Positions 7,802-17,770 of a stretch of 39,805 nt of DNA are shown one piece after another. The notes under the pieces are model-generated. The model was not told the DNA's origin, ran no database searches, and saw nothing but the letters and a program-made list of their open reading frames with translations. Origin of the DNA: a virus; UHGV virus genome UHGV-0211726, one strand, 5' to 3'. Made by a program: the position numbers and the translations under genes. Each line of letters begins with the position of its first letter. Position 1 is the stretch's first letter.

Positions 7802-8537
7802 AAATAGATTTTACGGGTTCACGATATAATGGTTCCATCAGCCTAATATGCCATGGCGCTGGCTTGCTCCAACTGTAACATGGCATATCATGTCCATAGT
7901 TATCCTTATAAATTTGCTGAATGATTTTTAACTCGTCAGGGTGTGCTAAAGCTGTAACCACTCCATCATGCATCCAATAAACACATCCTTTTCCTTTCAC
8001 CGTAAACATACACTGCATAGTCTCTTCTCCTTCCTGATCTGTTGTTGTGCTTTGGTTTCCGTTCATAAGCTCCTTGATACGGTTAATAAAATAGGCTTTT
8101 GTCTGCGCTGCGCCGCCGTGAATCTCCACTGATCTGTGCGGACAAGCGGTTGCAAACACCTCCTGATGCAGCATGATCGTGCTTGCACTTGGTGTAATTC
8201 CATACTGCTTGCACTTCTGTGCTGCCAACTGTAATGCTTTTTCCTCATTCGCTTTAAATACATTCAGATCGCCCATACTCTGGCATACTTCTATTCCCAA
8301 GAAATTAAGATTTCCGTTTAAGTCGCCGCAATGCCAAGCGCAGTTTGAATCATCCTCTGCTTGCAGAATTCCATCACTACAAACATAATAATGCGCAAAT
8401 CCATTCTCCAAGTTCGCTCTCTGCAAGTAGTTTTTATAGTATTCCGATGTTGCGTTCTGGCTGTCTGCCCCGTTGTGGATAAAAATACCGACAGGATTCA
8501 TCCCTCTCCTGCCGGCAATTCCTCTACAGATACTCAT
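7800..8537 (-). CDS. endolysin, N-acetylmuramoyl-L-alanine amidase (Amidase_2/PGRP fold) with C-terminal binding domain
   Basis: GIFIHNGADSQNATSEYYKNY...HYYVCSDGILQAEDD...AWHCGD motifs; last gene of the late operon. Confidence 0.75.
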   Translation of the reverse strand: MSICRGIAGRRGMNPVGIFIHNGADSQNATSEYYKNYLQRANLENGFAHYYVCSDGILQAEDDSNCAWHCGDLNGNLNFLGIEVCQSMGDLNVFKANEEKALQLAAQKCKQYGITPSASTIMLHQEVFATACPHRSVEIHGGAAQTKAYFINRIKELMNGNQSTTTDQEGEETMQCMFTVKGKGCVYWMHDGVVTALAHPDELKIIQQIYKDNYGHDMPCYSWSKPAPWHIRLMEPLYREPVKSI

Positions 8538-8623
8538 TCTTTCTCTTCCTCCTGTTCTTCTGCCTCGAATGCCTTTTCCAGTTCCTCTACGGATACTCTG
8601 CCAAATTCGTTCTGTTCGCTCAT
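8534..8623 (-). CDS. small acidic peptide (29 aa) between holin and lysin
   Basis: strong RBS AGGAGGTGA; ATGA overlap with the lysin start. Confidence 0.25.
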   Translation of the reverse strand: MSEQNEFGRVSVEELEKAFEAEEQEEEKE

Positions 8624-8666
8624 GTTCTCACCTCCTAGTGCGATGTCGCGCAATAAAAGAGGACGA

Positions 8667-9119
8667 TTACTCGCCCTCCTGCTCCTGTGATTTATTTGTT
8701 AAAACATCCAGTGCTTTTTTTAACGCTTCCGGATATTTCACGCCCATAATTCCAACATTTTCCAAAATCGAGATCCCCTCATTTGCTATAAATGCCAGTA
8801 CTACCGCTGTACGGATGTAGTCTACGCCGAGAGTGACATCCAATCGGTATGCAATAAGTACGATCAGTAGGGATACCCCTTTTCTGCACAGACCTTTCCA
8901 TGCAGAGTAGCTGCTTAGCGCACCGTTCTCTGATTTGTTGCTCTTTTTCCAAAAGGCAGCGATCAGCAACCCGAGTACAAAATCTACACCCATAAAAATA
9001 AGTAATGTAGTCAAGTCCTCGGACCATCCTCCGATCAGGTTTACGAAACCTCCTGCAATAGCTCCGAATACCATGCATAAAAACGCTTTTACATTTGCTA
9101 ACTGTTCCATTTTCTTCAT
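8667..9119 (-). CDS. holin (toxin-secretion/phage-lysis holin family)
   Basis: 150 aa with 3-4 TM segments, directly upstream of the endolysin. Confidence 0.7.
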   Translation of the reverse strand: MKKMEQLANVKAFLCMVFGAIAGGFVNLIGGWSEDLTTLLIFMGVDFVLGLLIAAFWKKSNKSENGALSSYSAWKGLCRKGVSLLIVLIAYRLDVTLGVDYIRTAVVLAFIANEGISILENVGIMGVKYPEALKKALDVLTNKSQEQEGE

Positions 9120-9144
9120 ATCCTCACTTTCCTTTCTGGTTTTA

Positions 9145-9172
9145 AGTATAAAAATAAGACCCTCACGGTCTT
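9145..9172 (-). terminator. intrinsic terminator AAGACCgtgagGGTCTT + U-run between the tail fiber and holin
   Basis: on the - strand: GGGCAAGACCGTGAGGGTCTTATTTTTATAC. Confidence 0.55.
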
Positions 9173-9194
9173 GCCCTAATCTCCATGTACCCTC

Positions 9195-10601
9195 CTAAGA
9201 CGATGCAATCCAAGATGTACAAATCGTTCGCTCTGCATAATCTTTCTTTTCCACATCCAGAGAAATCTTGTCTCCTATACGATATCTTCCAGTTCCAATG
9301 ATCGTCCCTGCGACTACTTCCGGGCACGCGCAAAATACGTGATATTTCGGCCGGAATTCTTCCGGGATGGCCACCTCGTCAAAATCATTGAAAGACCCGC
9401 TGTTCGGAAACTGCGCCAGCATCTCAATTTTGCAGTGTACGATCTTGCCGATCTTATACAACCACATCTGCATGCGATTACTGCTGTTTACATTGGAGTA
9501 CGGTCCTCTCACCTGTCCGGAATCGTATTCCTTGATTCCCATCAATTCTTGATCACCCAGTAATAACTTGCCATGAAACCTCGCATCTTGATAGAAATCA
9601 TAACCCACTTCGCTATCGCTTGCTGTTCCGCCGAAAGCAATACTTCTCCCTTTATTTGCAACATCCAACGCCCGGAACTGTGCCGGAACAATCACTTCTT
9701 CTTGTTTGCTTCCGTTTAAATCCGTGATTGTAACGATAACAAAGTACACGCTCCCCGTGGATATTTTCCCATTCCCGATTATTTGGGAAATCTTTCCACT
9801 TGTCGTGTTTGGATATGTTTCGCTTGCTTTCACCGGACTTCCAGAAGCAGTCTCCTGATAATCTATCCTGACACTGGTTGCCTTGTTAGAGTTATTTAAG
9901 GTCTGGTCTACTTGCCAGCTCCCAGTGACTTTAATGTACGTGCCATCACTCTTTGGTGATCCCTTAGAGTCGCATCGCAATGCAGTCAACCCGGTAATTG
10001 TCGGCTTAATGTACGCGATCTGCCAAACTGCATAAAGAGTCACATCTGCATCGGCACCGTATGTTGATCCCGGCATGTATGCTACGTCTCCAGCGGACGA
10101 TGTTGCCCAGCCCATAAATACATAGCCATCTCTTGTGGGACGCACAGAAGATAGTGTTAATACGGATCCGTATATCTTTTTCTGGTTGTCTGGAGCACCG
10201 GTCCCACCATTTGCATTATAAGATACCGTATGCTCCCACGTAATAGCCGGCAGCGCGTAACTTCCATTTGCCGAGATTGTCGCTGGATTTATTCCCGTGT
10301 TGATCGTTGCGGAAAAACCGATGTTCTTTGATTGTCCGCTCGTTGGCATTGTGATCCGGAACGTCTTCGTTCCGCCGATATTCGTCCAGATCCATTGTCC
10401 GCCGCCACTGCCGACCGCGAATGTCGCACTGCCAGAGGTGTTCTGTCCATCACAGCTCATGCTGTACGGTGCACCGCCGTAATTGTATCCGCCCCAGTCA
10501 AATGCGATATCAAATCTGATATCTACATCATACTTATGCGTGAGATTAACATCTCCTACACCACGTACTGCCGTGACGTATATTCTTCCTGTTCCTGCCA
10601 T
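9195..10601 (-). CDS. tail fiber / receptor-binding protein with a Listeria-Bacteroides repeat (Flg_new) domain
   Basis: VSYNANGGTGAPDNQKKIYGSVLTLSSVRPTRDGYVFMGWATSS...TLYAVW matches the Flg_new repeat; lies distal to Tal. Confidence 0.55.
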   Translation of the reverse strand: MAGTGRIYVTAVRGVGDVNLTHKYDVDIRFDIAFDWGGYNYGGAPYSMSCDGQNTSGSATFAVGSGGGQWIWTNIGGTKTFRITMPTSGQSKNIGFSATINTGINPATISANGSYALPAITWEHTVSYNANGGTGAPDNQKKIYGSVLTLSSVRPTRDGYVFMGWATSSAGDVAYMPGSTYGADADVTLYAVWQIAYIKPTITGLTALRCDSKGSPKSDGTYIKVTGSWQVDQTLNNSNKATSVRIDYQETASGSPVKASETYPNTTSGKISQIIGNGKISTGSVYFVIVTITDLNGSKQEEVIVPAQFRALDVANKGRSIAFGGTASDSEVGYDFYQDARFHGKLLLGDQELMGIKEYDSGQVRGPYSNVNSSNRMQMWLYKIGKIVHCKIEMLAQFPNSGSFNDFDEVAIPEEFRPKYHVFCACPEVVAGTIIGTGRYRIGDKISLDVEKKDYAERTICTSWIASS

Positions 10602-10611
10602 CTTCCTCTCC

Positions 10612-12603
10612 TTACTCGATATAGATTATAGATAGGTGTCCATCCCCATTGTCCAGCATAGCATAGTTGCCTACACCAACTCTCTTTGCACTTAGATTGT
10701 CAATTTCTGCCACCGGCATATACGCTTTCTCGTTCCCAAAATATGCCAATCCCTTATCGCCCTGGTAAAATCCCAATCTGGAATTTGTTAATCTGGCTTT
10801 TAGGTCGTTTCCTGTTCCGCCAAGCTCCAGAAACGGTGTTACGCCATCCGACCCCTGCCGTACCCATGTATCAACCACCTCGGTCTTACCATTCACATAC
10901 TCTACTGTATTTTTAAATTCTGCACGAACTTCATTTTTGTATTTTTCGAAGCTAGTGTTGATATTCGTTACGCTAGAGATTGCTGTATTTGCGGATTCCT
11001 GAGCATTTCCCGCAGCATCTTTCGCATCCTCGATGTCTTCTGCGTATGCTTCCACCCATTTTTCGCCATCCCAGTACTTAAACACGTTATTGACTGTATC
11101 GTACCAGAGCTTGGTCTTATCGTCCGGCGGGGTATCCGACTTGATTGCTGCATCCTCTCCGTCTGTTCCATCGGATACATCCATAACCGTAACCTCTTCG
11201 AATCCTCGAAGGATTCCCTCCGTATCCCTTGCTTCAAATTTGTAGACCGCCTTGCTCTCCACATCCAAAGCTCGAACTTTTATGGTCCGACCGGCATAAA
11301 TATGATTTCCATCCTTAAACCATCGAATTGTGAAATTGTCTGTCCGATCTACCCCATTATCTATTACATTGGCAGTCAAGTTGGTAAAGCCTTCATTATT
11401 TTTAAATACAATTCCGTTATCCGTAGAGATACTGCTGGTGTAAATCTTTGTTTTGTTAATCAGATCCTCTACTTTCTGAAGCAAATCTTCAGAGATTTCC
11501 GACTGCAGCTCTTTAAAATTGGTAAAGACTGTCTTGTTTGCTTGCGGATTCGTGAAACTGCGAACCTGCTCCGATACTCTTGCACTCAAGTATAAGGTAG
11601 GAACGTACTCCTCATCCTCAATCTCCACGGTATCTCCGATAGCAGTATCAAAGTATCCCGTTACATCATAAGTCACGACCGGTTCAGATGCTGTTCTCAA
11701 GTCCGACAGCGCCATACTGTACAGTTTGTCTTTGTTATCCGTATCGTAGGATTTTGGCATAAAGATGTATCCATCTTCCTTGTTTATCAGGTTTGATGGA
11801 AATCTGTCCCTTGCCTGCGGCGCCCGGATATCTGGACCTTGTGTATAAAACTCTACTACGCCATTCTCATCCAGCTCCTCTTTCTCAATTCCCTGTATAG
11901 TCAGTCCATCCTTTCCTGTTGGACGGATACCGGTGTACAGATTTTCGATACTGGATTCCTTGCGGATACCGGTAACATTTTTTCCATACCGCAGCTTGAT
12001 ATCTCCCCGGAACTCCCCGACTCCCGCGTTATCGTCTGAGTGTTCCCGATACACGTTCATTACAATTTCTTTCAGCGAATAATCATCATTTAACACAGTC
12101 TGGAACTCAATCTCCGCATCGAATACATTCGCCACGGAAAATAAACGGGACAGTACCGTTGCCTCACCTGTCCATTCGTTTGAAATCCGCTTATCTGACA
12201 CTTCATTGATCCCGATCCGCACGGTACGTTCCGGATCAAAGGCAGTTACATATTCCTCAAAGCTCATTGCGCTTTCAGATTTGTATGCCCCAACATTCTC
12301 GTTGATCAATTCGAAGCTTAAAGACCATGCTGTCGCAGTAACTGTAAATTCATCCTTTTCCACATGTACGATATTCAGATAGTAGTCTTTTCCGTTATAT
12401 ACAAAGGCTACTTTATTCCCTTCTACGATATACGCCGCATCCTCGTGTTTGGAACTTACCGTAAATGCGTATGTATTCGCTGTCCCCTGCAGATATTCAT
12501 GGAGCTCATCGTTCCAATAATGCATAGAGTTTCGATGGGTGTTATCCAAAAATGCAAGCACCCTGTCATGTGGATTCAGTACGGCAATTCTGATTTCATT
12601 CAT
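10612..12603 (-). CDS. tail-associated lysin / endopeptidase-tail-like protein (Tal)
   Basis: 663 aa, follows Dit in the siphovirus tail-tip gene order. Confidence 0.55.
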   Translation of the reverse strand: MNEIRIAVLNPHDRVLAFLDNTHRNSMHYWNDELHEYLQGTANTYAFTVSSKHEDAAYIVEGNKVAFVYNGKDYYLNIVHVEKDEFTVTATAWSLSFELINENVGAYKSESAMSFEEYVTAFDPERTVRIGINEVSDKRISNEWTGEATVLSRLFSVANVFDAEIEFQTVLNDDYSLKEIVMNVYREHSDDNAGVGEFRGDIKLRYGKNVTGIRKESSIENLYTGIRPTGKDGLTIQGIEKEELDENGVVEFYTQGPDIRAPQARDRFPSNLINKEDGYIFMPKSYDTDNKDKLYSMALSDLRTASEPVVTYDVTGYFDTAIGDTVEIEDEEYVPTLYLSARVSEQVRSFTNPQANKTVFTNFKELQSEISEDLLQKVEDLINKTKIYTSSISTDNGIVFKNNEGFTNLTANVIDNGVDRTDNFTIRWFKDGNHIYAGRTIKVRALDVESKAVYKFEARDTEGILRGFEEVTVMDVSDGTDGEDAAIKSDTPPDDKTKLWYDTVNNVFKYWDGEKWVEAYAEDIEDAKDAAGNAQESANTAISSVTNINTSFEKYKNEVRAEFKNTVEYVNGKTEVVDTWVRQGSDGVTPFLELGGTGNDLKARLTNSRLGFYQGDKGLAYFGNEKAYMPVAEIDNLSAKRVGVGNYAMLDNGDGHLSIIYIE

Positions 12604-14135
12604 TATAAATACGCCTCCCTTATTTTGGCTTTAATCGTTGGTGGAGGACTGCTAAATGCCGAGTAGGAGAACTGGATCTCCGTCTCTCCCGGCGGTACCA
12701 GAAAATGCTTACTTCCTCGGATTTCATCTTCCATCCGCTTCATCCCGTTTACATAAACCGCTGTATCATTTCCATCAATATAGACCACATCTCCGGACTT
12801 ATACCGGTTCGGCACATCTCTGTATTTTTCCACGTTATCCTTGCGGAACCAGATACTTTTTAAATAATTGTGCGTAACCAGCTGATTTCCAAGATCTCTA
12901 CTTCCCCACTGCCCGATCCAGACCTGTATCTTCTCACACACCATGTCTTTAATCTCCGGGATAGTAAAGTAATAATACTGACCGTACCAAAAGATCCGTA
13001 GCCTGTCACCCTCTTTTAAAAAATCATTATGACCACCACCCATCTTCAAATTAAATGGGTTTCCCTCATAAGCTGTCGGCTGGAAATCCAGTGTCTTGAT
13101 CTTCTTGTTTTGTGGTGCGAACCAGTCCACATGCGCCGTATTACCAACCGTATCACTCTTGTTAATAGACATAGAGCAGATCACTTCATTTTTCCCTGTA
13201 AGAAACGCAATAGTCTGTGCTCCCGTCTGTCCCATCAATCCAGTCTCGAACCAGTGCTGCGTGTAACAGTAAAAGTTCTTTGCCCCACGTCTGCCCTCGC
13301 TGTCAACCGGGATAGTAAGTGTTCTCATTCCGCCGTTCCAGTACCCGGATGTTGCCTGTCCACCTTTTAATGCCATCACGTTATATCCAGCAACATTCCT
13401 TACTTCAAGCGTTCCCTGTGTGGTATTTTCTGGATTCTGATAAGAGGTGCCGTGATCGTCTTGAAACAGGCTATACCCCTCTGACAGTATCTCTGACGCC
13501 TTATAGTCTTCGCCGTCTGCTTCTTCGATCTTGCCGAGTTGTATTGCACCGTATTTACTGGCAATCCCAATAAATCCATTTTCATGGTTGTGAGTGATAT
13601 CGTAGCTTACCGGAACGGATTCTGTACCACCATTTACAATAGTAAGCGTCTGATATCCGCTTTCCTGATGGGCAGTAAACGATTTTTCCGCTGCAGAATA
13701 TTTCCGTGGATCACAACAATAAAAAGTAAATTCGCTTTTTACGTTCAATCTGCCTGGCTCCACATCTCCTACACTTGATTTCGTCCCGATAAAATATTTA
13801 TCCGGTTCATCTGCAAAAATCAGCTTTGCCTGTTCCTTATTTAAGATTCCAGAGAGTTTGTTGAATTTTTCCTGAAACTCTCTAGGAGATGTGCAAAGCA
13901 ACTGGTATCCAACTGTAATACTTCTGGTTGTATCTCGCTTTCCCGTATACTCGGACCCATCCACAAGATCAATTTCTCTCTCCGAAATTTCCGATCCCAA
14001 AAGCTCACGACCGGTCACATACAGAGTTCTATACCCATCAATTAGGTTTTCGATGTATTCTCCATCAATCTGCAGGGCCTCACTTGGCAGGGAGTTTTCA
14101 CTCCCAACCTCGCCCGTGTCTACAAAATCATACAT
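12603..14135 (-). CDS. distal tail protein (Dit-like, extended)
   Basis: 510 aa, immediately after the tape measure gene. Confidence 0.5.
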   Translation of the reverse strand: MYDFVDTGEVGSENSLPSEALQIDGEYIENLIDGYRTLYVTGRELLGSEISEREIDLVDGSEYTGKRDTTRSITVGYQLLCTSPREFQEKFNKLSGILNKEQAKLIFADEPDKYFIGTKSSVGDVEPGRLNVKSEFTFYCCDPRKYSAAEKSFTAHQESGYQTLTIVNGGTESVPVSYDITHNHENGFIGIASKYGAIQLGKIEEADGEDYKASEILSEGYSLFQDDHGTSYQNPENTTQGTLEVRNVAGYNVMALKGGQATSGYWNGGMRTLTIPVDSEGRRGAKNFYCYTQHWFETGLMGQTGAQTIAFLTGKNEVICSMSINKSDTVGNTAHVDWFAPQNKKIKTLDFQPTAYEGNPFNLKMGGGHNDFLKEGDRLRIFWYGQYYYFTIPEIKDMVCEKIQVWIGQWGSRDLGNQLVTHNYLKSIWFRKDNVEKYRDVPNRYKSGDVVYIDGNDTAVYVNGMKRMEDEIRGSKHFLVPPGETEIQFSYSAFSSPPPTIKAKIREAYL

Positions 14136-16893
14136 GACTTCGTTCTCCTTTCAGTCTCATCCTCATACTCTCTCGACTCTCCAGCTCTTTCTGCGTAAAT
14201 TCTGCCGTAACTCGTGCCGCTTCTCTTCCGTTGTACTCAACTGGCACAACGATTGTGTATGTCGCGTTCCGCTGATAGGTGTAACCATCAGATAATTCTT
14301 TTTTTGTATCAGTTCTACTTGTATATGCCGTCATGACTGGATCAACACTGGAAATAACCGGAATATCAATTCTGTCATTTATTTCATCGTCCATCCCATA
14401 AACTGCAACCATCGGAGTATTTTCTATGCCACCTACTACGACACTTCTCGTTTTTGGCAGGCTCGCCCGGGATGCTGCTGCAGAATTTGCCGCGGCCGCC
14501 ATCTGTGCCGCAATCGCCTGTATTCTTCCAAGGCTTGCGGCTAATCCATTTGCAAAGCTAATTCCAATATTCAGACCACTGCTATAGGCGCTGCCCGCCA
14601 CTGACGCAAGAGATGCAAGCACGGCAGAAACCATGCTGATTGCGATTGCCTGTGTTGGCTGGAGTCCGCTTTGTACCCCATCTTTCGCGCTGTCTCCGAG
14701 TTTCTTTCCGGAACTCTTAGCTTTTCCCGCGCCGTTGTCAAATGCACTCACTATAGATTTCACGGCACTTTTAGCCTTGTTTCCAAGAGCATCCAACCCG
14801 TCATTCACAATACTCACAGAATCCTTCATACTTGTAATGGATTTCTGCGCTGTCTTTGCATTCTTAGCAATGGACTTCATGTTGGAATTTACCGCCAATA
14901 GCGCTGCCGCCATTGCAAGTACACCAACACACGCTGCTACCATTGCGACACCGAATGCTACCACTCCGACTGTGACACCAAGTACTGCAACTCCTACTGC
15001 AAGCAATCCAACCGCGAGAACCGTGCATCCAACTCCTGCCACAATCGTACCAGCTCCAAATACCGTCATTGCAGCGCCTAACGCCCCGATAGCTACAGAT
15101 GCCTGTAAGCCATACTCGGCGACAATCGGAAGTACACTTGCCACGATCGCAAGGCCTGCGCTCGCAAGCAATACTGCCGCTCCAACAAGTGCCGCAGCTA
15201 CACCGAATGCAATCAAACCAACAGCTCCTGCTGTAAGGATGGGAGCTACTGCAGCCGCTACGACCATCAATCCACCAATTGCTACGATCAGGCCGAACAT
15301 CACTGCGATTGCAAGCGGGCCTGCATTTGCCAGAGAAATTGCGGACATAGTTAATACGGCGATTCCGGCCGCTGCCAAAACAACAGCTGCGCCGAATGCA
15401 ACAAATCCTGCTGCACCTGCCGATAATGTCGGAGCCACCATTTTTGCCACGATCAGAAGTCCTGCGATTGCAGCTACCATTCCAACTAAAACAGCAACAG
15501 CCAATGGTCCCGATTCCGCCACAGCTTTCGCTCCTTGAGCAAGCAAAAAGAAACCACCGCTAATCAGAGCAACTCCTGCACCAAGCATCATAAATGCTTT
15601 GGCAGATTCCATAGTGCTTTTCATGCTTTCCCTACTCGACACTCCAACTTCTCTCTGTCCCTTGGAAATTCCAAGCAATTTTCTGGCAATCGCACTAATC
15701 CCTGCGCCGGCAAGACCTGCAATCGCACTGGTGAATGCACCTACAAACGGGGCAACACTTTTTGCAATCTTAAAGCCTTTATATGCAACAACAAGTTTGG
15801 GAATCTGAGGAATCACTTTCGCAATAACCTCGGAATGCTCCTCTAAAAATCCAGCAAATGTTTGTAAGGCTCCGCTTGCGGAATCCATTACACCGGCGAA
15901 AGAACTAATGCTTTCCGTGGATCCAAACGCACCGGTGATCTTTCCGAGATCTTCGCCGATTGCGGAAAAAGCATCTCCAAAAGCGGTCTTTACTTCCAAT
16001 GCTTCTGTTTTTAAAACATTCCAGTACCCACTTGCTTTATCGAGAAATCCAGTTAATTTTCCTGCGATTGCATCTCCATCAAGATCTCCAATTTTATTAA
16101 TTATCCCGTCCAAAGATTTAATTGCTCGACCGGATAAAACATCAAATGACGGTGCCAGCTTATTACTTACTGTTTCGGTCAGACCATCCATTGCCTGATC
16201 TACAGTCTTATACTCTGTAGCAAGCTTCGTAAATGCGTCATTTGTGCCGACTTTTGCGATAGCATCAAAGAAATCTTCTGTCGCGATTTTTCCGTCCTGC
16301 ACATTCTGCACCAGCTCCGTGGTAGTCATGCCCATTTCTTTTGCGACTGCCGATATACCAGCCGGAGTCTGTTCGATCATAAGTTTAAAGTCTGCCCATG
16401 CAACCGTTGGTTTCGCTGCCATCTGTGTAGCTTGCTGGCTTAAAGTTTTCATTGCCTGTTTTGGATTCTCAGCTGCCGCCGCAAGCCCTCCGAATCCCTT
16501 TACAAGCTTGTTCGTGCTTTTAATACCTACTGCACTCAGCTGAGCGTAAGTACTCGCCATATCAGATGCGCTGTAAATAGTATCTTCTGCAAACTCTTGC
16601 AATTCCTTTTTTACAGATGCAATCTCGTCAGCGCCTTTGCCAACCATCGACATGTTTCCGTTAAATGTTTTCCATGCAGCACTGGAAGAATTTAATTCCG
16701 ACACCATACCGCCAATACTGGATGTGACAGCACCAAATGCCTTTTGTCCAATTCCGGCCATGATTCCAAATCCGATTCCACTTGTGAGCGTGCTTTTTAA
16801 ATTGCTTACGGTACCCATTGCAGATTTGAAAGCAGACGTAAATCCTCTATCCTGCGCAGATAATATTGCCTTTACGGAAAAACTTTCTGCCAT
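14128..16893 (-). CDS. tail tape measure protein
   Basis: 921 aa, long A/G/V-rich hydrophobic repeat core; follows the G/T chaperones. Confidence 0.85.
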   Translation of the reverse strand: MAESFSVKAILSAQDRGFTSAFKSAMGTVSNLKSTLTSGIGFGIMAGIGQKAFGAVTSSIGGMVSELNSSSAAWKTFNGNMSMVGKGADEIASVKKELQEFAEDTIYSASDMASTYAQLSAVGIKSTNKLVKGFGGLAAAAENPKQAMKTLSQQATQMAAKPTVAWADFKLMIEQTPAGISAVAKEMGMTTTELVQNVQDGKIATEDFFDAIAKVGTNDAFTKLATEYKTVDQAMDGLTETVSNKLAPSFDVLSGRAIKSLDGIINKIGDLDGDAIAGKLTGFLDKASGYWNVLKTEALEVKTAFGDAFSAIGEDLGKITGAFGSTESISSFAGVMDSASGALQTFAGFLEEHSEVIAKVIPQIPKLVVAYKGFKIAKSVAPFVGAFTSAIAGLAGAGISAIARKLLGISKGQREVGVSSRESMKSTMESAKAFMMLGAGVALISGGFFLLAQGAKAVAESGPLAVAVLVGMVAAIAGLLIVAKMVAPTLSAGAAGFVAFGAAVVLAAAGIAVLTMSAISLANAGPLAIAVMFGLIVAIGGLMVVAAAVAPILTAGAVGLIAFGVAAALVGAAVLLASAGLAIVASVLPIVAEYGLQASVAIGALGAAMTVFGAGTIVAGVGCTVLAVGLLAVGVAVLGVTVGVVAFGVAMVAACVGVLAMAAALLAVNSNMKSIAKNAKTAQKSITSMKDSVSIVNDGLDALGNKAKSAVKSIVSAFDNGAGKAKSSGKKLGDSAKDGVQSGLQPTQAIAISMVSAVLASLASVAGSAYSSGLNIGISFANGLAASLGRIQAIAAQMAAAANSAAASRASLPKTRSVVVGGIENTPMVAVYGMDDEINDRIDIPVISSVDPVMTAYTSRTDTKKELSDGYTYQRNATYTIVVPVEYNGREAARVTAEFTQKELESRESMRMRLKGERSHV

Positions 16894-16897
16894 GCCA

Positions 16898-17212
16898 TCA
16901 CTCTCCTTTCATCATTCTGCCGATTATGTCCAATCTTTCATTTTTTTGCTTTCGGTTCCTCACACAATCTACTTCTTTTTCGTAATCAAAAAACTTTCTG
17001 AATCTCTGATAAACTGGTTTAGTCTTATTCTTTCCGACCTTTTTCTCTGCTTTCACAGCAAAATTTAGGAATGCTTGCAGATGATTTCGATAGTCCTTAT
17101 CTACTTCTCTTAGCTGCACAACCTCCATAAGCAAGGTGTATTCTGGAATTGTCAACCTATCCACTTCTTCAAAGCTCTTAAAGCCAAGATATCGGAAACA
17201 ATTCAACGCCAC
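16898..17212 (-). CDS. tail assembly chaperone, T-frame portion (probably expressed as a G-T fusion by -1 frameshift)
   Basis: -1 frame relative to G stays open for at least 35 codons upstream of its GTG start, overlapping the G gene. Confidence 0.5.
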   Translation of the reverse strand: MALNCFRYLGFKSFEEVDRLTIPEYTLLMEVVQLREVDKDYRNHLQAFLNFAVKAEKKVGKNKTKPVYQRFRKFFDYEKEVDCVRNRKQKNERLDIIGRMMKGE

Positions 17213-17235
17213 CTCTCTGTAGGATTCTTCAAAAT

Positions 17236-17646
17236 CTACATCATCAGCTCTCTCTTCTTCGCTTCTTCCTCTTCCATTCTCTGTTTCTCTTTCTCTACAG
17301 CGTCCACGATCTCGTCCGTAGCTTTTTTCGTAGCATTGGCATTCTTTAAGAAACCCATTACTGTTTCTGTAAGATCATCGATATCTGTGTCCTCATCGTC
17401 GATATACTCATCCAAAAGGCCTCTTGTCACTCTCGGATTCTGCCCTTTATTCGCAACATCAAGAATGTTTACCAGCGCATCCGGATCACCATTCACTAAG
17501 TTCATAAGCGCATATCGGAATCCTACGTCTTTTTTTACTCCCGGCAATCCATCCACAGGCATATTCGTCTGCTTGTTGATCTCTCTTAAAAATCCCATTC
17601 CGAATTTAAACTGGTACACCTGTCCGTTAATTGTTAATTCCATCAT
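17236..17646 (-). CDS. tail assembly chaperone G
   Basis: acidic C-terminus; GGAGGT RBS before ATG-ATG at 17646/17643; lies between major tail and TMP genes. Confidence 0.6.
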   Translation of the reverse strand: MMELTINGQVYQFKFGMGFLREINKQTNMPVDGLPGVKKDVGFRYALMNLVNGDPDALVNILDVANKGQNPRVTRGLLDEYIDDEDTDIDDLTETVMGFLKNANATKKATDEIVDAVEKEKQRMEEEEAKKRELMM

Positions 17647-17661
17647 ATTTTTTACCTCCAT

Positions 17662-17688
17662 TAAAAGAGAGCGGTCTCGCCGCCCTCT
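17662..17688 (-). terminator. attenuator-like hairpin AGAGggCGG...CCGCTCT + CUUUUAA upstream of the chaperone gene
   Basis: read from the - strand. Confidence 0.35.
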
Positions 17689-17699
17689 ATGTACATGAT

Positions 17700-17770
17700 C
17701 TATTCTTTTCCTACTTTTGCCTTTCCTACTTTACCTCTGCCGATTAAGGCTACATCGTCAGAGGGCATTA
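17700..17770 (-). other. conserved recoding/structured-RNA element, copy 1, after the major tail gene: GGGGG run at the stop, hairpin CCTCTG...CAGAGG, open -1 frame of 24 codons
   Basis: about 80% identical to 20104-20180; see findings. Confidence 0.55.

Noticed and set aside
14633-15538. 301-aa + strand ORF (Ala/Thr/Pro-rich) inside the tape measure gene
   Set aside because: It is antisense to the A/G/V-rich TMP repeats, low-complexity, with no RBS. It is an artefact of biased codon composition.
16900-16990. Hydrophobic repeat periodicity in TMP as a possible novel element
   Set aside because: Repeated TM-like A/G/V segments are a known feature of tape measure proteins.
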